Shown piece after piece: positions 47,963 to 58,771 of a stretch of 64,000 nt of DNA (its first letter is position 1; each line of letters begins with the position of its first letter). The DNA lies in assembly GCA_963665115.1 (NCBI GenBank), contig OY762007.1:4736001-4800000 (forward strand), in the 5' to 3' direction. Both the position numbers and the translations under genes were made by a program. The notes under the pieces are model-generated. The model was not told where the DNA came from. It was given only the letters and a program-made list of their open reading frames with translations, and made no database searches. The stretch is from an uncultured Rivularia sp. Its GTDB lineage: Bacteria > Cyanobacteriota > Cyanobacteriia > Cyanobacteriales > Nostocaceae.

Positions 47963-49666
47963 TTAAGATGGTGCATTTAGTTTGATAAGCCTGACAAATC
48001 TGACTGTAATATCATCTTCTCCTCCATTAAATATCCGAAAATCCATATTACCGTTTTGACGATTCAGAAAAGCTGCATCGTCGATAGAGAAAGTCACAGT
48101 TTTCCACTGGTAATCGTTTTTATTTTCTACAGTGGAAGATTGTTTGTAAATATTTTCGTCAGAAGCATCGTATTCTAACCACCACTGACTACTTGTATTA
48201 TCTAAATAAGTAACTTTAATTTGGATTTGATTGCTACCGCCGTAAATAAATCTATCGTCAACTCCAAAATAGATATAATTACTACCATTTAAACTATCTG
48301 TACTCCGCGCTTCGTAGCTTTCCTCATTATGTTTTACTGGAGTTCTAACATAATAATTTCTCTTTGTTTTACCATCCGGATTTACTTCTCTTTGAACTAA
48401 CCAGCGTTCAAAATTTCCGATCCAAAATTCAGAGTTATTGCTAGTGTCCAACTGAGACCATTTTATATAATCATCTTTAGCTTCACGCAAGGCACACCAT
48501 GCATCTGGAGAATCATAGTAGTGTTTGCCTAAAGTTTTCATTATATAATTATGTAACTTAGGCGCTTTATTCCAAATATTTTTGTTCATAAATACGACAT
48601 TCGCACGTACTTGCAGATTCTTGAGTGCGGTCATTTTTAACTGCAAATAATTGTCTACGGGGATATTGGCATTATTGATTTCTTCAGCTTCACTACCAAT
48701 AAAACGTTTTGCATCGGCTATCAAAGGAGAACTTTCGTTAACCACCATGTAATTATTACCATCAATATTAACTACTGAAATGCCATAGTTTGGCATATCA
48801 GTTGCTACAAAGTTATATTTTTCAAGTAAACCAAAACGAGTACTCAAACCTCTCTCAAATGCATAGCCAGTAAGTTTTCTGTCCAAAAACTTTCGCCACT
48901 CCAAATCTCCATCCGCTAAGGAAATAACATCTTGATCTGTATACATCAGCTTATGAGCATTTTCTTCACCAAAAGCATCTATATATGTATCAATTAATTC
49001 TTTGAACCATTCAAAATAATCCTTGGGAGTCATCCCCTGACTTTTCATATAGTCAATAAAGACTAAGTCAAATTCGCCCCATTTCCATGCACCTGGTATA
49101 TAGGCAAATTTCAGACGCGGATTGGAAGCAAATTCTTTTTCTTTAAAGCTTTGCAATAGTTTTTCCAGTTCTTGTTTGAATCCTGGATGCCACATGGGAT
49201 AAAAATAACCTTCACTATAATTACCAAAATTGTCCTTATAGGAGGATAGTTTTAAGCGTTCCAGATCAGGATATTTTTCAGATAACCATAGGGGACAATG
49301 TTCAACATCAGAATTTTCCAAGCGCAAGTATATATTGTTATCACCTTTTAGAGCATTTTCCAAAATACTCCAGTCATAAACATCTTCTCGAGGATTTACA
49401 TCGCGCCACCGAAAAGTTACTAGCTTCAAAGTTTGGTTTGAAGCATCTTGCGGATTTGGACCATAAAATCCAATAACATCTGGAAGTGGCTGAACCCATG
49501 AAGGCAGCCACCAATCATCTTCGCTCTGTTGTTGTACGGCAGGATCTTCAGAAGCTGAGCTTTGGTTTGGAAACATAAGCATAAATGTAGTCGTTAAAGC
49601 TACTAAAAATAAGGATAATAGCTGTACTGAATTAGTTCGCCAAAGCCTTCTCATACAAATCCTCAT
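47963..49666 (-). CDS. Exported glycoside-hydrolase-like protein with C-terminal beta-sandwich
   Basis: N-terminal hydrophobic segment; WRDVNPREDVYDWS (GH-A clan-like); VTYLD...LEYD...WKTVTF...DFRI; exact start uncertain. Confidence 0.6.
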   Translation of the reverse strand: MRICMRRLWRTNSVQLLSLFLVALTTTFMLMFPNQSSASEDPAVQQQSEDDWWLPSWVQPLPDVIGFYGPNPQDASNQTLKLVTFRWRDVNPREDVYDWSILENALKGDNNIYLRLENSDVEHCPLWLSEKYPDLERLKLSSYKDNFGNYSEGYFYPMWHPGFKQELEKLLQSFKEKEFASNPRLKFAYIPGAWKWGEFDLVFIDYMKSQGMTPKDYFEWFKELIDTYIDAFGEENAHKLMYTDQDVISLADGDLEWRKFLDRKLTGYAFERGLSTRFGLLEKYNFVATDMPNYGISVVNIDGNNYMVVNESSPLIADAKRFIGSEAEEINNANIPVDNYLQLKMTALKNLQVRANVVFMNKNIWNKAPKLHNYIMKTLGKHYYDSPDAWCALREAKDDYIKWSQLDTSNNSEFWIGNFERWLVQREVNPDGKTKRNYYVRTPVKHNEESYEARSTDSLNGSNYIYFGVDDRFIYGGSNQIQIKVTYLDNTSSQWWLEYDASDENIYKQSSTVENKNDYQWKTVTFSIDDAAFLNRQNGNMDFRIFNGGEDDITVRFVRLIKLNAPS

Positions 49667-50816
49667 ATTGGGCTACAACTGTATCTAAAGAAAAATGTTC
49701 AACAATTCTGTTACGTGCAATAGCACCTAGTTTTACCCTACCTTCTACACCTAAAAGAATTAATTCTTTCCAGGCATTAGCTAGCTCTTGAGAACTTCGT
49801 GGTTGCACCACTTTCCCTGTCTCACCTACAATCCATGCAGAATCACCAACATCTGTAACGGCGCACGGGACACCGCAGCACATTGCTTCTCCGAGTATTA
49901 AAGGAAAAGCTTCACCATAAGCAGAAGAAGAAGAAAGGATATCTAAAGAGGGAATAATACTAGACATATCGTTCCTTTCCCCCATGAGATGGATTCGCTC
50001 CTCCATCCCTAAATCTTGAATTAATTTGTATAGTTCATAATTATCTTGATTAATATCAGTACCCACCATGAGGAAATACACATCTGGAAGTTCCTGTATC
50101 AATAAAGCAGCAGATTTCACAAAATTAGCATGGTCTTTCATAGGATGATAGCGAGCTATAGATCCTATCACAATACTATCTGCTGACAATCCTAAATCTC
50201 TTCTAAGCTTGAGTTTTAATTCATCTGAAGGTTTGAACAAGGATGTATTAAAACCATTTGGGATCGTACAGCTATTCTCATATGTATATCCTAATGAATG
50301 ATGCTGTCTTTGACTGTTTTGTGAAACAAAAGCGACTTTACTGGCATATTTAGATAAAATAGAACCTAGTTTGATAATCAACTGGGTAGTTTTCTTCTCT
50401 GATGACAATGAACTAATTGAATGATGAATTCCCCAGATAGTATAAGTGCGATTCAGAGTTAAAAAATTTCCAATCTGCGCTGCTAGATTTCCGTGATACA
50501 TCCAACCTTGAATTATATCCGGCTTAACCTGAGAAACTATATTCCTTAGTTTCCATATTGCACTTATATCTAGCATACCTTGTTGCATATCAAGTGTATA
50601 TATAGAAATGTTCAGTTCTGCGATGCGATCGCCTAAGCTGCCACGATCCATAAGAGAAACTACTACAGGAGTGATTTTACTTCTATTCGTTTTATTAAGT
50701 AAGTGATATAGCATCCACTCTGCACCACCTGTTGATAGTCCTGTAATAATGTGAAGTATTACTAAATTACCTTTTTTCTGATAATTAATTTTCGGCAATC
50801 TTTCATTTCTTATCAT
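49632..50816 (-). CDS. GT4 glycosyltransferase
   Basis: GLSTGGAE, QGWMYH, ARYHPMKDH, EAFPLILGEAM. Confidence 0.9.
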   Translation of the reverse strand: MIRNERLPKINYQKKGNLVILHIITGLSTGGAEWMLYHLLNKTNRSKITPVVVSLMDRGSLGDRIAELNISIYTLDMQQGMLDISAIWKLRNIVSQVKPDIIQGWMYHGNLAAQIGNFLTLNRTYTIWGIHHSISSLSSEKKTTQLIIKLGSILSKYASKVAFVSQNSQRQHHSLGYTYENSCTIPNGFNTSLFKPSDELKLKLRRDLGLSADSIVIGSIARYHPMKDHANFVKSAALLIQELPDVYFLMVGTDINQDNYELYKLIQDLGMEERIHLMGERNDMSSIIPSLDILSSSSAYGEAFPLILGEAMCCGVPCAVTDVGDSAWIVGETGKVVQPRSSQELANAWKELILLGVEGRVKLGAIARNRIVEHFSLDTVVAQYEDLYEKALAN

Positions 50817-52191
50817 GATATTTAACCTTTACAAAAGATATCTTTGTTCCAATACAAAGTAATATTAAAGTTGAACTAAAAAACCAAAAATGCGTATGCA
50901 AGATAATTTTAGGATCGGCATACGGTATAAAATCAGCCCAAACTAATCCAGCAGCAACATAAATAAAGGGCATCCAGTATATAATGATAATTTGCCTATT
51001 CAAAACATTATCTATACATCTACCGAGCCATCCATAGATAAAACTAAATATAATTACTCCAGCCCAAGAATAACTATAAAGACAAGAAGATATAAATCCT
51101 GATGGTATTTCGTATTCATTAGATTTTACTAAATAGTATGTGTTGTAAAATGATATTGTTTGCGGGACTTGATAATGCAATAAATCTTCTAACAACCTAT
51201 CGGGGAAAAAAGAAGCAAAACCATATACCCAATCATTAAAAAAACGAATTTCGTAAGGAGTGTTTACAGCAGCATATATAGATGAAAGTGGGAAAGAAAT
51301 TTCACCACTTAATTCATTCAAGTTGAATTCCTCTTTATCTTTTGTATCTAAAAAATAGTGAAACTTGTCAAAAACTGCATCTATACCATCAGGTAAAGCT
51401 GTTAAACTACCAAATATTTCTTTACCGTAGAATACGAATATGCTACTAAAGGCTATGAAAATCAGCATAAAGCTGATAGATACTTTTCCTTTACGAATAA
51501 TATAGGCTAAGTAGAATGTAACTATAGTCCTTACTAATACTGCTCGGGTAGCTATAATCAGAAACGAAACTATAAAATTTATTATAGATATAATAAAAAC
51601 AATCCCTAGAACATATTTATATTTTTTTATATTTTTAACAAATAAAAGTGAAGCTAATAAATAAGCAGCAAATAATGAAAAGAATACAAAGCGCTTAAGG
51701 AAGGACATTGATCCTGCATCTATAACGGTTGAACGTATTAATGCAGCATTAGAAATAGCTGACACTACACCTCCAAATTCCGAACTATATAAATATATTG
51801 AAATTGAAGAAAGTAATAGTAATAGTATAGAAAATATAATAATTCTCCGGTTCCGATCGTTAGTTTCAATAAGTATAGTTTTTGCAAATCTTTGAGAGGA
51901 CTTAGAATAAAAACCTATCGTTACTAAAAAATATGTCACAAAAATTGCTAAAGGAACTTGAGCATTATTCAAATCAATAGTAGTTCCTAACAGCATAGAT
52001 GAAATTAAATTGTTATTTGATGTTGCCGATAATATAAATCCTGGTAAAGGGTAAGAAATACAGAATACAAAATTAAAGAATGTAAGATAGTCAAAATTTC
52101 TTTGCTTATATCTAAAACATTCAAATAGCGTGATAAAAATAATTAATGATATATACAGTATCGACAACATAAACATATTAATTATTCTCAA
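50803..52191 (-). CDS. wzy: O-antigen/EPS polymerase (Wzy-like)
   Basis: Polytopic membrane protein with a large loop, overlapping flanking GT genes; assigned from topology and context. Confidence 0.65.
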   Translation of the reverse strand: MRIINMFMLSILYISLIIFITLFECFRYKQRNFDYLTFFNFVFCISYPLPGFILSATSNNNLISSMLLGTTIDLNNAQVPLAIFVTYFLVTIGFYSKSSQRFAKTILIETNDRNRRIIIFSILLLLLSSISIYLYSSEFGGVVSAISNAALIRSTVIDAGSMSFLKRFVFFSLFAAYLLASLLFVKNIKKYKYVLGIVFIISIINFIVSFLIIATRAVLVRTIVTFYLAYIIRKGKVSISFMLIFIAFSSIFVFYGKEIFGSLTALPDGIDAVFDKFHYFLDTKDKEEFNLNELSGEISFPLSSIYAAVNTPYEIRFFNDWVYGFASFFPDRLLEDLLHYQVPQTISFYNTYYLVKSNEYEIPSGFISSCLYSYSWAGVIIFSFIYGWLGRCIDNVLNRQIIIIYWMPFIYVAAGLVWADFIPYADPKIILHTHFWFFSSTLILLCIGTKISFVKVKYHDKK

Positions 52192-53285
52192 ATACCTATT
52201 ATTTTACAGTAATCCGATACAGAATTTTTAACTGAAAAATATCCTGCTCTATGCTGCAAAATATCTTTTTTTAAGGGGCTATTTAATACTTGAAGTATTG
52301 CCTGTGAAAGCGCTTGTGGATTTTTTATAGGTACTAGAGGTCCATATTTTCCAGATGCTAAAATTTCTTTAGGACCGCTCTGACAATCAGTAGAAACTAC
52401 AGGGCAACCACAACCCATCGCTTCTATTAAAACATTTCCTAGACCTTCCCATTGGGAGGAAAGAACAAATACACTGGCATTTTTCATGTATTGATAGGGA
52501 TTGTCAACAAAACCCGGCATACTAACATCTTGGGTAATTTCTAGTTCGTTAATTAATTTTATTAAATCACTTTTCAATTCCCCTTCACCTAAAATTACTA
52601 AGCGAATTGTCATCTTCTTTCTCAAAATTGCAAAGGCTTCGATTAGAGTTGCGAAATCTTTTTGCTCGGTTAGCCTACCAACAGCTAGAATAATAGGACA
52701 GGCTTTTTGCTGGAACCAAGGATGCTTAATAGGTAAATTAGCTAAAGATATTAAATCATTGTCAAGAACTGGATTGTATATACTTTTAACTCTTCCTTCC
52801 GGCAAATTCAATTGATGTTCTAAATCTCTAGAAACTGCTTGAGAAACTCCGATAATCTCATCTGCATAAGGATACAATCGCCTCATAAAAAATGGTAGAA
52901 ATTTTCCTCTAAACAGTTTGGTTCTACCAGCAGATAAAGTATCATGCTCTACAAGTAGTAATTTGGTTTCAGTTTGAGATAAATATCTTGCGATTACAGC
53001 CATAACGTTAGCGTGATTCATGTGAGACACTAAAGCAAACGGTTTAACTTCTTGCAAATAGTTTTTTAAAGGAATAATCGATTTGAGAACCCTATCTGCT
53101 GAAAAGTCAATAATACGTACTTGCTTATGTAACTGCTTTAAATATGGTCCTTCCGCACTTCCTACAACTAAATCTAAAGGTATGCTGCTATCTTTTTCAT
53201 AAAATCCTTTGAGTAAATTAATCACTACTCGCTCTGCACCGCCACCATGTAAAGTAGGAAGGAAAAAAGCAATAGGTTTTAACAT
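52188..53285 (-). CDS. GT4 glycosyltransferase
   Basis: GGGAERV, IYNPV, GRLTEQKDF, EGLGNVLIEAM. Confidence 0.9.
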   Translation of the reverse strand: MLKPIAFFLPTLHGGGAERVVINLLKGFYEKDSSIPLDLVVGSAEGPYLKQLHKQVRIIDFSADRVLKSIIPLKNYLQEVKPFALVSHMNHANVMAVIARYLSQTETKLLLVEHDTLSAGRTKLFRGKFLPFFMRRLYPYADEIIGVSQAVSRDLEHQLNLPEGRVKSIYNPVLDNDLISLANLPIKHPWFQQKACPIILAVGRLTEQKDFATLIEAFAILRKKMTIRLVILGEGELKSDLIKLINELEITQDVSMPGFVDNPYQYMKNASVFVLSSQWEGLGNVLIEAMGCGCPVVSTDCQSGPKEILASGKYGPLVPIKNPQALSQAILQVLNSPLKKDILQHRAGYFSVKNSVSDYCKIIGI

Positions 53286-53340
53286 TTTTATATAATTATA
53301 ATAGCGATTAAAGTAACTATTTTGCCTAGAAAATTACTGT

Positions 53341-54747
53341 CTATGAATTAGATTGATAAAGAGAATTTTTATTAATATACCTGTTTAAAAATATAAATAG
53401 AAAAAGAAATGAGAATATATATACACAACTTGTTGATAAAGCAATACCTCTTATGCCGAGAAAATTTATGAACAAATAGTTCAAAAATATGTTAATGAAC
53501 AAATTGCATCCAGAAGCCCACATCAAAACATTGTTCTTTTGGATGGAACTAATAATTCTAATTAACAAAAGATTACCAATGTAAAAAGGTATTTGTAAAG
53601 AGTATAAAGATTGTATCTGTGCAACTAAATATGTATCTTCTCTTGTGAAAGAACCTCTTTGAAAAGCTAAGCTAACTATAGGCTCAGAGAATAAGAATAA
53701 AATTAAAGCTAGGGGCACTGTACTAATAGCAATCAACTGCAAGTAGCGTCGGATAGTTTTTTGAAGTCCTACCCAGTCTCCAATAGCAAACATTTTTGAA
53801 CAATATGGCATGATTGCTGCTGTTAACGCAGTAGTTATTAGACTCATGGGAGCAGCAATAATTCTATTTCCATAATTTAATGATGCTACACTTCCCGGAG
53901 AAAGCATAGCTGCCATTGCCTGATCTACAGGAATAGCACTACATAGTAGAAAAGCTCCTGCAACCATTGGTGCATATTGATAATTGACTTGGCGTAAATC
54001 CTTACTAAATCCATACCATTTGGGCAACAGTAAAATACCTTGTTTGCGAAGCAAAGCTCTTAATACAATTATTTGTATAGATGTACCAATGAACAAAGCT
54101 ATAGGTAGTATATATATCCCCAACGATTTCAATAACATCAGTAGGACAATAGTTATTATTGGTACAGAAATTGGAGCTAAAGCAGCAACCGCAAATTTTT
54201 CACGTGCATTTAAGACAGCTTCCCAAACATATAGTATTCCAGAAATGACAACAAAAGGAGATACAGAGCAAAGTAGTTTAAAAGTTAAATCTAGCTTCTC
54301 CTTACTAAAACCTGAAGCAATCCAAGGTAAATATATGAGTGAACTTACAACCATTAAGATAGTTGTAATTAATATTATAAAAAGACTGTAGGTCATAAAA
54401 CCAGAAAATAGTTTTTGAGACGCTTCTACTCCTTCCCTCTCCTTGACGCTAATATAGATGGGAATAAAAGCAGATGCTAAAGAACCCCCGATTACATTCA
54501 TCAACAAACTAGGAACAACTAAAGCAATCAAAAAAGCATCTAACTGGTCACTCGTTCCAAATCTCCAAGCAATAACTAATTCCTTAATAAAAGAAACTGA
54601 TTTTACCATAGCTGCAAATGTTGCCACAGTAAATGCTGCACCAAAAATTTGTCTATTCACAGAACCAGTTGTCAGCTTTCTCCAAAAAGATAAAGCTCTT
54701 CCTAAAACTATACTTCGTTTAGATTCTCCTAACTTCTCATCTTCCAT
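53341..54747 (-). CDS. MurJ/MviN-like flippase (MOP superfamily)
   Basis: FGTSDQLDAF, AFIP, SLNYGNR, FQRGSFT; multiple TM helices. Confidence 0.8.
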   Translation of the reverse strand: MEDEKLGESKRSIVLGRALSFWRKLTTGSVNRQIFGAAFTVATFAAMVKSVSFIKELVIAWRFGTSDQLDAFLIALVVPSLLMNVIGGSLASAFIPIYISVKEREGVEASQKLFSGFMTYSLFIILITTILMVVSSLIYLPWIASGFSKEKLDLTFKLLCSVSPFVVISGILYVWEAVLNAREKFAVAALAPISVPIITIVLLMLLKSLGIYILPIALFIGTSIQIIVLRALLRKQGILLLPKWYGFSKDLRQVNYQYAPMVAGAFLLCSAIPVDQAMAAMLSPGSVASLNYGNRIIAAPMSLITTALTAAIMPYCSKMFAIGDWVGLQKTIRRYLQLIAISTVPLALILFLFSEPIVSLAFQRGSFTREDTYLVAQIQSLYSLQIPFYIGNLLLIRIISSIQKNNVLMWASGCNLFINIFLNYLFINFLGIRGIALSTSCVYIFSFLFLFIFLNRYINKNSLYQSNS

Positions 54748-54824
54748 CTATTTTTCCCTAAATAAGAAATCAGTCTTACATATTGTTTCCACCAAATTAT
54801 AAATAATCAAGTGATGTCTTTTTT

Positions 54825-56936
54825 CTACGTACTGCTTGTATAAGGTTTTCTCAATTTCTTGGATTCCACATTTGTTGAGGTTTTAACCTGTAAATTAGAA
54901 GAATGTCTTACTTCTGTATCCAAATATTTCGGCTTATAACCGGGCACTAATTGCTCCAACAAAAACTTAATTGAATTAGTATCATTTTTATCCGCAGCCT
55001 GACAAAGTGCTTCTACGGTCACATTCAAACTTGCAGGTATAATCCGGCTCGAATTCTTCACCATAAACAGCTTTTCATGTTCTGTTGGGTCGTATTCTTC
55101 TCCTTCTATAAACAACTCTTCAAACAATTTCTCTCCCGGCCGCAAGCCTGTAAAAACTATATCTATATCCTGATTTACTCTGTAACCAGAAAGTCTAATC
55201 AATTCCGAGGCTAAATCAACAATTTTTACAGGTTCGCCCATATTAAGCATCAGTACTTCTCCGCCTCTACCCAAAACTGCTGCCTGTAAAACTAGCTGTA
55301 CCGCTTCGGGTATAGTCATAAAGTAACGACAGATATCTGGATGAGTTACTGTTATCGGGCCACCTGCGGCAATTTGTCTTTTAAAGGTGGGGACAACGCT
55401 ACCGCGACTGCCTAAAACGTTTCCAAAACGTACAACAAGGTAAGATTTACCGCTTTGTTTTGCCGTTTGCAGTACTACCATTTCCGCAACTCTCTTACTC
55501 GCACCCATGATGTTGGTAGGATTTACCGCTTTATCGGTGGAAATCATCACGAAGTGTTTGACGTTGCATCGCAATGCTTCTTCAACTAAGTTTTTGGTGC
55601 CAATTACATTATTAGTAATTGCTTCTGGGGAATTCATTTCCATCAAGGGCACGTGCTTATGTGCTGCTGCATGGAAAACTACGTCAGGTTGGAATTTATC
55701 GAAAGCGTGTCTGAGTCTATCCTTAAATCGGATATCGGCGATAAATCCATGAATTCGAGTTGCATTTCCCGTACTTCTGTTCTCGTCTTTTAAAATTTGT
55801 ACGAGTAGATTTAATTCTTGCTGAATATTGAAGACGGAATTTTCACCGTGTCCCACCAACATGATTTCTTTAGGATGGCAAGAGCAAATTTGACGGCAAA
55901 GTTCGCTACCAATCGAACCACCCGCACCCGTAATTAAAACTCTTTTTCCATTGATAAATTCGGCAACTTTTTCAATCTCTGTCTGTACGGGTTCTCGTCT
56001 GAGTAAGTCTTCGATTCTTACATCTCGGATACTGTTTAAGCTGACTTTTCCATTGAGGATTTCATTTATCCCAGGTAAGGTACAGGCTTGTATTCCATTC
56101 GATTTACAGATATCGACGATTTCCCGAATCACTTCCCCTGCTACCGAGGGCATTGCGATAATTACCTTATCTACATTTAAAGGTTCTAAAAGATCGGGAA
56201 TCGAATGGCGATCGCCAAAAACCTGAATTCCGCGAATGCGTGCGTTTAGTTTGGTTCTATCATCGTCAATAAATCCAACAGCACGAAAACCTAAATGATA
56301 GTTTTTCTGCATTTCTTCAACAAGACTTACTCCAGCACTTCCCGCACCAACAATAAGTACTCGTTCTCCCTGATGATGAAACCCAGGGCTAAAAGCCATA
56401 CGGGAATGTTTACTTCTTTCAACAACCCGAACGCTAAAACGTAATCCACCAATGAAAATACATGAGAGCAATCCATCAATAAATGGTAGTGACTGTGGTA
56501 ACGTATCTACAGCCCAAGGTAAGGTGAAATCTACAACATCGAATAACAAAGTTTGGATTACCACCGCAGCCACTACTAACATAGCGACATAGGTCAATTC
56601 TTCTACACCCGCATATCGCCAATAACGGCGGTAAAAACCTAAACTATAGAACACCCCAATCTTAACGGCTAAAAAAAGTAATGTTGCCGTTACTAAATCA
56701 GATGCATATGCTTGAAGAGCTAAATTGCCATCTAAACGCAGTATCAACGCTAAAAGCGGTGTAATAGTGAAAACAATAATATCGAATATCAGTAAATGAC
56801 GGTTTCTCAGCTTTAATAGATTCCTTAATAAAACCTTTATCGATTTATCAAGCAGCCAATGTGAAACCATGAATAAACCATTCATAGTTCTAAATACCTC
56901 CTGGGAAATCAGCAACAAGCACACCCTTGAGTTCAA
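54825..56936 (-). CDS. Nucleoside-diphosphate sugar 4,6-dehydratase (CapD/PglF-like)
   Basis: GAGSAG, ITGAGGSIGSE, HAAAHKHVP, STDKAVNP, RFGNVLGSRGSV, RPGEKL; start may be an ATG at 56885 or later. Confidence 0.92.
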   Translation of the reverse strand: MNSRVCLLLISQEVFRTMNGLFMVSHWLLDKSIKVLLRNLLKLRNRHLLIFDIIVFTITPLLALILRLDGNLALQAYASDLVTATLLFLAVKIGVFYSLGFYRRYWRYAGVEELTYVAMLVVAAVVIQTLLFDVVDFTLPWAVDTLPQSLPFIDGLLSCIFIGGLRFSVRVVERSKHSRMAFSPGFHHQGERVLIVGAGSAGVSLVEEMQKNYHLGFRAVGFIDDDRTKLNARIRGIQVFGDRHSIPDLLEPLNVDKVIIAMPSVAGEVIREIVDICKSNGIQACTLPGINEILNGKVSLNSIRDVRIEDLLRREPVQTEIEKVAEFINGKRVLITGAGGSIGSELCRQICSCHPKEIMLVGHGENSVFNIQQELNLLVQILKDENRSTGNATRIHGFIADIRFKDRLRHAFDKFQPDVVFHAAAHKHVPLMEMNSPEAITNNVIGTKNLVEEALRCNVKHFVMISTDKAVNPTNIMGASKRVAEMVVLQTAKQSGKSYLVVRFGNVLGSRGSVVPTFKRQIAAGGPITVTHPDICRYFMTIPEAVQLVLQAAVLGRGGEVLMLNMGEPVKIVDLASELIRLSGYRVNQDIDIVFTGLRPGEKLFEELFIEGEEYDPTEHEKLFMVKNSSRIIPASLNVTVEALCQAADKNDTNSIKFLLEQLVPGYKPKYLDTEVRHSSNLQVKTSTNVESKKLRKPYTSST

Positions 56937-57817
56937 TCATCAGAGCGTTGATGAGTAATACAATTAATTTTAATTATTCGCACGCAACATTGAAAGTCTC
57001 TATCAGTAAACCAGAGATAGATCGAATAAAAATTAGGCAAATAAAACAACTTTTTAATTGACTCAATTATCGCACTGACACTGACCCAAGAAGAACATTT
57101 GTTTTGTAAAAATGGGCTTAGTCAATTATTAAAATCCGATCTATTTAATCTCGCAGATGCATTCCCTCTCCTTCAATAATAAACATTATCAGCTATTAAT
57201 TATCCGCTCCAATCTACTAATATAAAAGCGCCCTTGCAGCCAGTAATTATTTTAAATAAAATGTTCTGAGTAATTTTTATCTGATTTCTTTTTATAGTAT
57301 CAAAGTTAGGAATTGCCGAACTTATTCTACTATGGCATCTTCGTTTAAAACCAATATCTCATCATCATCAAACAAAAATATGCCCGCATTACAAGCTTGC
57401 TCGTTATAACTTACAGAGATAACAAGTTTTACATTTATTACTTCCTTTGCATCTAATTTCTACGCTTTTATAAAAATCAGCAATTTTACCACCGCATATT
57501 ATTTAGCGGTAACTAACAAAATAGGTAAAACCTTACGCTCTTCACAAGCACCATAAAAAGATACGGCAAGTAACAATAACAAAAAAATGAAAACTTACTG
57601 TAACTGATTTATCTGCTTTTTAATCTCAATATAATATGTAACAGTTTTCGCGAACTGAGTCATGCCAATTTGGCATTAATTTAATGCCTTCGTAAATAAT
57701 TAGGCTTTTTTATCGAGTATGAGATGAGGGGATGGGGAGATAAGGGGACAACTTTCATCCCTGGGGTTTAGTCTAACGACTTACTTCCCGAACAGCATTT
57801 TTTTTAATTAAATTATT

Positions 57818-57958
57818 TAAGGGACTGCCAAAAAATCATCGATCAAAAACAACCGTAGTGCGTGAACGTTAACGCACTACGGCGAGCGTGTGTCCGCCTT
57901 TGACATTCATCTTGCTCGCACTACCGTAATTGGATATTTTTTAATTCGGAAATGCTTA
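57818..57958. mobile_element. Degenerate MITE-like element with REP hairpin
   Basis: taagggactgccaaaaaa ... ggaaatgctta ends; ccgtagtgcgt...acgcactacgg at 57853-57882. Confidence 0.45.
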
Positions 57959-58012
57959 AAAAGGAAGCACTGCTACTAAAAGTCCCCAATTCCCAGCTTT
58001 TCCCTACTCCAA

Positions 58013-58533
58013 CTACACTTTTGCTTGCAAAGACTTGAGCCATTCGGTATTCACACCAGACTCACGAGTTAACGAAATTCTTCCGGTACGCGCGATTTCT
58101 CGCAAACCAAATTTTTGCAACACCTGCACAATCGCCACGATTTTTCCTGGATCTCCAACAACTTCCACAGTTAAGGAATCTTCTGCGACATCTACCACTC
58201 GCGCTCGGAAAATCTGAGCTAATTCAACAACCTCCGAACGATTACTGCTAGTAGCATTCACTTTAATCAACATTAATTCTCGTTCCACACAGGGAATTTC
58301 TGTGATGTCTTGAACCTTGAGAACGTTAATTAACTTATATAATTGCTTCGTAAGTTGTTCAATAATACGGTCATCACCAGGTACAACCATCGTAATTCTG
58401 GAAATTCCCTGTTGTTCGGCTGGGGCCCTACCGCAAGACTTTCTATATTAAAGCCACGACGTGCAAATAAACTGGAAATTCGCGAGAGAACTCCCGCTTC
58501 ATCTTCTACTAGTACCGAAAGCGTATGTTTCAT
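58013..58533 (-). CDS. ilvN: Acetolactate synthase small subunit, frameshifted at 58422-58428
   Basis: [36 protein letters not shown] | ...ISRITMVV...QLYKLINV...ERELMLIKV...EIARTG. Confidence 0.92.
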
Positions 58534-58771
58534 CAGTGAGCAGTGACCAGTCACCAGTGACCAGTTGGCAGTAAATAATTGTTCTGTTAGGTTATAGGTT
58601 TGGGGGGACGTGTGTCAAAGGGCTACGGATTTTAGATTTTGAGGACACTACGTTGCGGAGGTTTCCTCCGTTATAGTAAGTGTCCGGGATTTTGGATTTG
58701 AGTCAGGAGTTATAAGTTAGTAATTTTCTCCCCATCTCCTTATCCCCTTGTCTCACTATCCCGCTATCTCC

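Noticed and set aside
8630..58533. Calling the CBS gene, crtD, wzc, the aminotransferase and ilvN true pseudogenes or phase-variable genes
   Set aside because: Each has a single break at a short G/C run with no other decay, and the runs are short for phase variation; sequencing error is more likely.
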